Shown in pieces: positions 57,820-64,000 of a stretch of DNA of 64,000 nucleotides; the first letter of the stretch is position 1; each line of letters begins with the position of its first letter. The stretch lies in NCBI GenBank assembly GCA_963820805.1, contig CAWGBH010000004.1, forward strand, positions 3,367 to 67,366. Direction: 5' to 3'. Made by a program: the position numbers and the translations under genes. The DNA is from an uncultured Alphaproteobacteria bacterium (GTDB lineage Bacteria > Pseudomonadota > Alphaproteobacteria > Rhizobiales > Xanthobacteraceae). The notes below the pieces were generated by a model that was given only the letters and a program-made list of their open reading frames with translations, made no database searches and was not told where the DNA came from.

Positions 57820-57960
57820 TGGGAGATCCGAAAATGCGCCTGCGGGGCCCTGTTTATAGCCGAAACGGGAGTTCCCGACAGGGGCTTGCGTCAACGCGTC
57901 CGCTGCGGCAGGGAAACGCACCTTCCGCGCTTCTCAACAGTGTTTCTTTCAGAGGACGAA

Positions 57961-58959
57961 ATGGCAACGTCGCGCACCATCGATACCCATACCCACATCT
58001 TGACCCAGGAAACCGCCGCGCTGCTGACCAAAGCCGGGGTCAAGGTCACCATCACCCCTGAGAACGCGGAGAATGCGGTGTTCGATGTCAATGGTGTGGT
58101 CTACCGCCCCTTTCCGACCGGTGGGTTCGATATTCCACGCCGGTTGCGCGACATGGATGCGGCCGGTGTCGACGTGCACGTGCTCTCTGCCACGCCCCAG
58201 ACTTATCTCTACAACCAGGAGCCCGCGCTCGGCGCCACGCTCGCGGCCATTCAGAACGATCAGATGGCCAAGCACATCGCCGCCCATCCCGACCGTTTCA
58301 TGGGGATTGCCACGCTGCCGCTGCAGGATCCCAAACGCGCCGCCGACGAACTGCGGCGCGCGATGACGAAGCTCGGGTTGAAGGGCTCGATGTTTGCATC
58401 CAACATCATGGGCAAAAATCTCGACGATCCGAGCTTCGAACCGGTTTGGGCGACAGCCGAGGAGCTTGGTGCATTCATGTTCGTGCACCCGAATAACGTT
58501 GCCGGTGCCGATCGCCTCAAGTCGTATTATCTGCAAAATCTTATCGGCAATCCGCTCGACACCACGATCGCCGCTGCGTGTCTCTATTTCGGCGGCATGC
58601 TCGACCGCCATCCGAAGCTAACGTTCATGCTTGCGCATGGCGGTGGCTTCACGCCCTATCAGGCGGCGCGCTGGGAGCATGGCTGGGCGGTGCGGCCGGA
58701 GCCGAAGAAGACAATTTCCACGCAGCCAGAGGCCATTGCCAAACGCTTCTACTACGACACCATCCTGCATTCGGCGCCTGTGCTGGAGTTCATGATCGGG
58801 CACGTTGGAGCTGATCGTGTCATGCTTGGCAGCGACTACCCTTACGACATGGGGATGATGGACTGCGTGAATCACGTGCGCTCACTCAAGATTTCCGACG
58901 CCGACAAAGTGACCATTCTGGGAACGCGCGCTGCGACATTGCTGGCGGGAAAATCATGA
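57961..58959 (+). CDS. Amidohydrolase-2 (ACMSD-like decarboxylase/hydratase) family protein
   Basis: MATSRTIDTHTHIL..., ...MLAHGGG..., ...MLGSDYPYDMG metal-ligand pattern. Confidence 0.85.
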   Translation: MATSRTIDTHTHILTQETAALLTKAGVKVTITPENAENAVFDVNGVVYRPFPTGGFDIPRRLRDMDAAGVDVHVLSATPQTYLYNQEPALGATLAAIQNDQMAKHIAAHPDRFMGIATLPLQDPKRAADELRRAMTKLGLKGSMFASNIMGKNLDDPSFEPVWATAEELGAFMFVHPNNVAGADRLKSYYLQNLIGNPLDTTIAAACLYFGGMLDRHPKLTFMLAHGGGFTPYQAARWEHGWAVRPEPKKTISTQPEAIAKRFYYDTILHSAPVLEFMIGHVGADRVMLGSDYPYDMGMMDCVNHVRSLKISDADKVTILGTRAATLLAGKS

Positions 58960-60032
58960 ACGTACAGGCCGCCAAAACCAACCGGATTCCTACGGCCGCT
59001 GTAACCGCGCTGATCATCGATGCGATGATCGAGGCCGGCGTACCGGAGAGTGACGCCGCAAAAATTGCGGATTTGATGTTGGAGGCCGACCTTATAGGTG
59101 CCGATGCACATGGTGTGTTTCGTCTGACACAATATGTGCAACGGCTAAAGCTCGGTTCGACCAATCCGCGTCCGGATATCAAGGTCAAACGTACTGCGCC
59201 CGCGACCGCCTTGGTCGATGGCGACAATGGGATGGGCCATTTGGTGGTGGCACGTGCCGCAGAAACGGCCATCGAACTCGCGCGCGAATGCGGGGTTGCC
59301 TGGGTCGGCTGCCGCATGTCGGGACATGCTGGTGCTGCCGGTGTCTATGCAGCCCTGCCGTTGAAGGCCGACATGGTCGGACTTTATTCGGCAGTTGCGA
59401 ACGCCAATCATATGCCGCTCGCCGGCGGGGCCGATCCGGTGCTCGGCACCAACCCGTTGGCGATCGCAATACCCGCCGGCAAAGAGCCGCCAGTGGTGCT
59501 CGATATTGCGACCTCAATCGTTTCCTACGGCACGATCAAAAACCACCGTCTGCAAAACAAACCGTTGCAAAACGGCTGGATGATCGATCCGAAAACAGGC
59601 GAAGCAGTGCTCGATCCACACAAGAGCGCTGAAGCGCTGCTGTTGCCAATGGCTGGTTATAAGGGCGCGGGACTTGCGCTTACATTTGGGTTGCTCGCCG
59701 GCACACTCAATGGTGCGCTGTTTGGTCGCGACTGTGTCGACTTCAACGCCGAACCGGACAAGGTCACCAATACGGGGCAGTTCGTGATCGCGCTGGACCC
59801 AAGCCGCTTCCAGCCAATCGATCATTTTAAAGCGGAGGTCGATCGGCACATTCGGGAGCTTCGCAGCACGAAACCCCTGCCCGGACAGAGCGTTCGGCTA
59901 CCGGGAGAGCAGCGGGCGCAGCGCCGCGACGACCGCCTGCGCAACGGAATACCGATCGCGCCGGAGTTACTGTCACAGCTCGACAAACTCGCTGCTGAAT
60001 TGTCGATCAAGCCGCTGCGTGAGCGTGCGTAG
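58956..60032 (+). CDS. Ldh_2-family (malate/L-lactate/ureidoglycolate dehydrogenase type 2) oxidoreductase
   Basis: ...ADLIGADAHGVFRL..YV...GMGHLV...GTNPLAIAIPA...SIVSYGTI. The start overlaps the previous stop. Confidence 0.85.
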   Translation: MNVQAAKTNRIPTAAVTALIIDAMIEAGVPESDAAKIADLMLEADLIGADAHGVFRLTQYVQRLKLGSTNPRPDIKVKRTAPATALVDGDNGMGHLVVARAAETAIELARECGVAWVGCRMSGHAGAAGVYAALPLKADMVGLYSAVANANHMPLAGGADPVLGTNPLAIAIPAGKEPPVVLDIATSIVSYGTIKNHRLQNKPLQNGWMIDPKTGEAVLDPHKSAEALLLPMAGYKGAGLALTFGLLAGTLNGALFGRDCVDFNAEPDKVTNTGQFVIALDPSRFQPIDHFKAEVDRHIRELRSTKPLPGQSVRLPGEQRAQRRDDRLRNGIPIAPELLSQLDKLAAELSIKPLRERA

Positions 60033-60177
60033 GGGACCCCCGGCATCACATAACTGCCGTATTTTTGGCGCCCAAGGGGGCATATCGAATAAATCGCCTT
60101 TCATCATACCGATCGCTGCCCGTTAGCAGGAGTCCGTCGGTGGCGGTTTGGTGCATATCAATTGTCGAAATAAAACG

Positions 60178-60690
60178 ATGAAGCTGATGGACACGAACAA
60201 GCTTTCAGCTTGGGCAAAAAGAAAATTGTCCCATCTCGGAATTATTTTGGCGTGCGGTGCGATGTTGTCCGCAGCACCTATTTACGGCGTGTCGAGCGAA
60301 AATTCGTTTGATCGAATCCAGGCCGGCGAGTGGGTTGTCGCGTCGATGTATTGGGAAGACAAGCTGGTTTCGACCGGCAAGAGCTTCAATCCGATCGGAT
60401 GGCATGCCGCACATAAGACATTGCCGATCGGCACGTTGATCCGTGTATCCAATCCCAAGAACCATCGGTCGATCAATGTAACGATCAACGACAGGGGGCC
60501 GTTTGCACCGAACCGGGACCTGGATTTAAGCCTCGGTGCCGGCGCATTGCTGGGACTACAAGGGTTGGGCACCGTCTACATGGAAGTCCTGTCGATACCG
60601 CCGATCAACAATATGCGACGGCCGGTCGTCGAAAGCTTGTTTGCGGTCAATGACACCAACGCCAACTGCGTGGGTGTATCGGCTTGTTAG
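60178..60690 (+). CDS. RlpA-like (DPBB-domain) septal-ring lytic transglycosylase-family protein
   Basis: ASMYWEDKLVSTGKSFNPIGWHAAHKTLPIGTLIRVSNPKNHRSINVTINDRGPF. Confidence 0.75.
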   Translation: MKLMDTNKLSAWAKRKLSHLGIILACGAMLSAAPIYGVSSENSFDRIQAGEWVVASMYWEDKLVSTGKSFNPIGWHAAHKTLPIGTLIRVSNPKNHRSINVTINDRGPFAPNRDLDLSLGAGALLGLQGLGTVYMEVLSIPPINNMRRPVVESLFAVNDTNANCVGVSAC

Positions 60691-60754
60691 GAGCCGTGGC
60701 TGCGATGGAGCCGCCAGCTCTGCAAAAATGCCCAGTAATGGCGACAAAACATGG

Positions 60755-60770
60755 TTAATCGTGCATTAAC
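60755..60770. promoter_or_regulatory. Candidate CtrA box TTAA-N7-TTAAC
   Basis: TTAAtcgtgcaTTAAC, also part of the palindrome GGTTAAT-cgtgc-ATTAACC, in an AT-rich gap 234 nt upstream of the mla operon. Confidence 0.3.
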
Positions 60771-61003
60771 CTAAAAAGGTAAACGGCGTTTAAGGAATAC
60801 TACCAATTTGTTAACTATTATCGGTATTTAGGGCGGGGCGTGATTGCGCTCAGTGCGGCCCTCGAGTTGCGGCCATCGTCTGCCGATCGGCCGGTGGCGA
60901 ATCCGCAAAATCCCGCCGCAACGCATCCAGTCCTGTCTAGGCTCGCTCGTTTGCGGGGTTCACGCGCAGACGCGCGTCGCTGTTTCGTCGATGAAGGAGT
61001 GGC

Positions 61004-62140
61004 TTGGTGACGGCAGGAATTTTGATCAGCGGCCAGGCGCGGGGCGATTGGGTCGAGTTTAACGCGGCCGGCTCGTGGACGGCCGAATACGCCGGCGCAA
61101 TCGAGCCGCAGGTCGACGCTGCCACGCGTACCGTCACCGCGCGCAACATCGCGATCAACATGAATCGCATTGAATATCTCGATACGTACGGCGCATGGCT
61201 GATCGAGCGCGCCCTACGCAATTGGACGGACCAGGGGCGCGACGCTCGTCTCGTCGGTCTGCGCGAAGACTACCGCGGCCTGTTTGAAAAAGTGCAGGCC
61301 GGCACGCAAACGTTGACGCCGGCGCCACGCGGACCCAACAGCATTATAGCGACCCTGGAAAGCGTTGGCATGACCATGGCGGCGGTGGGCGCCGATCTTG
61401 TTCTGCTCGCGCAAATGCTCGGCTCGCTCATGACCGCCATGGGGCGCGTGTTTCTCCGGCCGACGACCTTTCGCTTTACCTCGATGATCAATCAGCTCGA
61501 ACGTGTCGGCTGGCGAGCGGTGCCGATCATTCTGCTAATAACCGTATTGATCGGCGCCATTCTCGCGCAGCAAGGAATTTTCCATTTCCGAAAGTTCGGC
61601 GCCGACATTTATGTCATCGACATGGTTGGGGTGCTGGTGCTGCGCGAAGTCGGCGTGCTGATTGTTTGCATCATGGTGGCCGGGCGATCCGGCAGCTCCT
61701 ATACGGCGGAGCTCGGAGCCATGCGTATGCGCGAGGAAGTGGACGCGTTGCGCACCATGGGCTTCGATCCAGTGGAGGTGCTGATTCTTCCACGCATCAT
61801 CGCCCTCGTCATTGCGGTCCCAATCCTGACTTTTCTCGGATCGATGGCGGCGCTCTACGGTGGCGGCCTGGTGTCCTGGCTGTACGGGGGCATTCAGCCC
61901 GAAGTGTTTTTGACGCGGCTGCAGGAGGCAGTCTCGCTTAGCACGTTCGAGGTGGGCATGATCAAAGCGCCGTTCATGGCATTGGTCATCGGCATAGTCG
62001 CCTGCGTCGAAGGCTTGCAGGTGCAGGGCAGCGCAGAATCGCTCGGCGAACAAACCACCAATTCCGTGGTCAAATCGATCTTCCTGGTCATCGTGCTCGA
62101 CGGCATTTTCGCGATGTTTTTCGCGTCGATCGGGATGTGA
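61004..62140 (+). CDS. mlaE: MlaE-family ABC permease with an N-terminal STAS-like extension
   Basis: C-terminal 260 aa show the typical MlaE TM pattern (...ELGAMRMREEVDALRTMGFDP...). The start codon is TTG. Confidence 0.85.
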   Translation: MVTAGILISGQARGDWVEFNAAGSWTAEYAGAIEPQVDAATRTVTARNIAINMNRIEYLDTYGAWLIERALRNWTDQGRDARLVGLREDYRGLFEKVQAGTQTLTPAPRGPNSIIATLESVGMTMAAVGADLVLLAQMLGSLMTAMGRVFLRPTTFRFTSMINQLERVGWRAVPIILLITVLIGAILAQQGIFHFRKFGADIYVIDMVGVLVLREVGVLIVCIMVAGRSGSSYTAELGAMRMREEVDALRTMGFDPVEVLILPRIIALVIAVPILTFLGSMAALYGGGLVSWLYGGIQPEVFLTRLQEAVSLSTFEVGMIKAPFMALVIGIVACVEGLQVQGSAESLGEQTTNSVVKSIFLVIVLDGIFAMFFASIGM

Positions 62141-62141
62141 C

Positions 62142-62927
62142 ATGGCAAAAGATCGTACAGCTCCTGTTATCGAAGTGCGCGATCTGGTTGTTGATCTAAA
62201 AGGCAACCGGGTCCTCAATGGTGTCACGCTCGATGTTTACCGCGGCGAGATTTTAGGATTCGTCGGTGCTTCGGGCGCCGGCAAGTCGGTCCTTACGCGC
62301 ACCATCCTCGGCCTTTTGCCGAAGCAGGAAGGGCGGATCGACGTTTTTGGCGTCAATCTCGATCAAGCCGGTGAGGTCCAGCGTCAGGAGATTGAGCGGC
62401 GCTGGGGGATTCTGTTCCAGCAGGGCGCGCTGTTCTCCTCGCTGAGTGTCGGCGAAAACGTTGAATTTCCGATACGCGAATATCTCGACATTTCGGACAA
62501 GCTCATGACCGAAATCGCCATCACCAAACTGGAAATGGTCGGTCTGAAGCCGGACGTCTATCGTAAATTCCCCTCGGAGCTCTCGGGGGGTATGATCAAA
62601 CGCGTCGCGCTTGCGCGGGCGCTGGCGCTCGATCCGGAAATACTCTTTCTCGATGAGCCGACCTCAGGCCTTGATCCGATCAGCGCCGGCGATTTCGATC
62701 AGCTGATCCTGACGTTGCAGCGGACGTCAGCGATGGCGGTTTTTATGGTCACGCATGATCTTGATAGTCTGCATACCATCTGTGACCGCATCGCCGTTCT
62801 CGGCGACGGCAAGATTATCGAAGCCGGGACAATGGATACGATGCTGGCATCGCAGCATCCCTGGTTGAAGGCCTACTTCCATGGCGTACGCGCGCGAGCA
62901 GGCTTGCAAGCCGCAGCGAGGAACTAA
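62142..62927 (+). CDS. mlaF: MlaF-type ABC ATP-binding protein
   Basis: Walker A GASGAGKS, signature LSGGMIKRVALARAL, Walker B LFLDEP. Confidence 0.9.
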   Translation: MAKDRTAPVIEVRDLVVDLKGNRVLNGVTLDVYRGEILGFVGASGAGKSVLTRTILGLLPKQEGRIDVFGVNLDQAGEVQRQEIERRWGILFQQGALFSSLSVGENVEFPIREYLDISDKLMTEIAITKLEMVGLKPDVYRKFPSELSGGMIKRVALARALALDPEILFLDEPTSGLDPISAGDFDQLILTLQRTSAMAVFMVTHDLDSLHTICDRIAVLGDGKIIEAGTMDTMLASQHPWLKAYFHGVRARAGLQAAARN

Positions 62928-62939
62928 CGGAGTGGAGTG

Positions 62940-63743
62940 ATGGAAAGAAAAGCGCACTACGCATTGATCGGGTTGTTCACGTTCGCCGTGGTCGCGGGCG
63001 CGTTTGGGTTCATTTTCTGGCTGCACCACTCCTCCGGTAAGAAACAAGCCGTCGCCTATCGCGTGATTTTCGACAGTTCGGTGTCAGGGTTGCAGGTGGG
63101 AGGCAACGTACTTTTCAACGGCATTCGCGTCGGTGAAGTGACCAATCTGCGGCTTGATCCCGACAAGCCTTCGCAGGTTGTGGCGATGCTGGCGGTCAAC
63201 AAATCGACTCCGATCCGATCCGATACCCGGGTCGGGCTCGAGTTCGCTGGCCTCACCGGTGTCGCCTCGGTATCCCTCAAAGGTGTCTCGGCGACCACGC
63301 CCCTCATCGAGAGAGAAGAAGGTGAACCGCCGACCTTGAAGGCCGATCCCAGCGCGAGTCAGGATATGATGCAGGCCGCGCGAGAAGTGCTCAACAAAGC
63401 GGAAGAAGTCATCGCGGCCAATCAGGAAGCGCTTCATCAGGCGATTACCGATATTGCCTCGTTTAGTGCCTCGCTCGCGCGTAACACCAACAATGTCGAT
63501 TCAATTATGAATAACGCGCGCGAGACTGCGAGTAACGCCAAGGAAGCGACAGCTACGGCCCGCATATTTATTGAAAATCTCGACAAACGCACGGACGAAA
63601 TTACAATTGGCGTGAACAGGTTGACCAGCACCGCGACGAAGCAGGTCGAACTTGCCGGAAAGGCAATCACCGATCTCGCTCACAATCCGCAGCGATTTCT
63701 GTTCGGGGGTAGCGGCACGCCCTCCGGCAAGCCGGCACAGTAG
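62940..63743 (+). CDS. mlaD: MlaD/MCE-family periplasmic protein
   Basis: N-terminal TM, then the MCE domain ...VSGLQVGGNVLFNGIRVGEVTNLRLD... Confidence 0.85.
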   Translation: MERKAHYALIGLFTFAVVAGAFGFIFWLHHSSGKKQAVAYRVIFDSSVSGLQVGGNVLFNGIRVGEVTNLRLDPDKPSQVVAMLAVNKSTPIRSDTRVGLEFAGLTGVASVSLKGVSATTPLIEREEGEPPTLKADPSASQDMMQAAREVLNKAEEVIAANQEALHQAITDIASFSASLARNTNNVDSIMNNARETASNAKEATATARIFIENLDKRTDEITIGVNRLTSTATKQVELAGKAITDLAHNPQRFLFGGSGTPSGKPAQ

Positions 63744-63749
63744 TTCCGG

Positions 63750-64000
63750 CTAGGCCGCCGCGCGCACGTCGTCGGGATCGAGCGGGAGCTTGACCGGCTG
63801 TTTGCGCTTAGCCGACAAATCGAGCGCTTTCGTCAACATCAGGTTGCGATGTGCTTCTTCGACCGTAGCCGCGGCGGTCGGTAATCCCAGCGCAACGCGG
63901 TTAAGCCACGAATCGGTCTCTTCCGCCATCGGTCCGCGCAATTCGCCCAGCGCCATATCGCCAGGCGGATAGCTCCCCATGAAATCGACGAGACGCGTAG
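63750..64000 (-). CDS. C-terminal fragment of an unidentified protein (gene continues beyond the window)
   Basis: The frame is open to position 64000 (...TRLVDFMGSYPPGDMALGELRGPMAEETDSWLNRVALG...). No family recognised. Confidence 0.4.
   Translation of the reverse strand, partial: TRLVDFMGSYPPGDMALGELRGPMAEETDSWLNRVALGLPTAAATVEEAHRNLMLTKALDLSAKRKQPVKLPLDPDDVRAAA

Noticed and set aside
1-64000. Mobile elements, prophage, integrative island borders, tRNA/rRNA genes, toxin-antitoxin or known defence systems
   Set aside because: I searched by eye for transposase, integrase or phage-like ORFs, tRNA T-arm motifs and direct repeats flanking the accessory-like half. None was found. The small protein at 19750..19944 has no partner gene, so I did not call it a TA module.

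Overview
GC-rich segment (roughly 60% by eye) that looks like an alphaproteobacterial chromosome, probably Hyphomicrobiales of the Bradyrhizobium/Afipia type. That placement rests on gene content only: three orphan Bug/TctC binding proteins, an HWE histidine kinase, a PF04392-type binding protein and Mla genes. No rRNA, tRNA, CRISPR array, transposase, integrase or phage gene was recognised. The window splits into two parts. (1) Positions 1-28.5 kb hold small operons and many small secreted or membrane proteins: a ketone-body/PHB cluster (patatin-adc-bdhA), a TetR-controlled RND pump, a LapG-like BTLCP protease, a VPLPA-CTERM protein, an orphan Flp pilin missing from the ORF track, tandem HdeA-like genes and DUF1330. 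Almost every intergenic gap here carries a composite palindromic REP/BIME-like element (20 loci). (2) Positions 28.5-64 kb are ordinary metabolic and envelope genes: LemA-TPM-TPM, an esterase, a sulfatase, Bug-plus-enzyme pairs, rhlE-infA, a 14-kb CoA-transferase/ABC/PrpD/ALDH catabolic cluster and mlaEFD. The REP family is essentially absent from this part. Four observations stand out. (a) Five genes carry six frame disruptions, all net +1. Three of them lie in the identical 9-mer CAAGACTTC, which is AAGCTT plus one central base. (b) One of these disruptions fuses acetoacetate decarboxylase in frame to 3-hydroxybutyrate dehydrogenase. (c) A ~120-bp TetR-type operator/promoter module is duplicated 2.1 kb away in front of the BTLCP operon, including a promoter copy with no ORF behind it. 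(d) REP polarity switches cleanly (12 forward, then 8 reverse) at ~20.1 kb, where the coding strand also diverges. I did not find a convincing defence, toxin or secretion system. All coordinates were derived by hand, so motif positions may be off by 1-2 nt.
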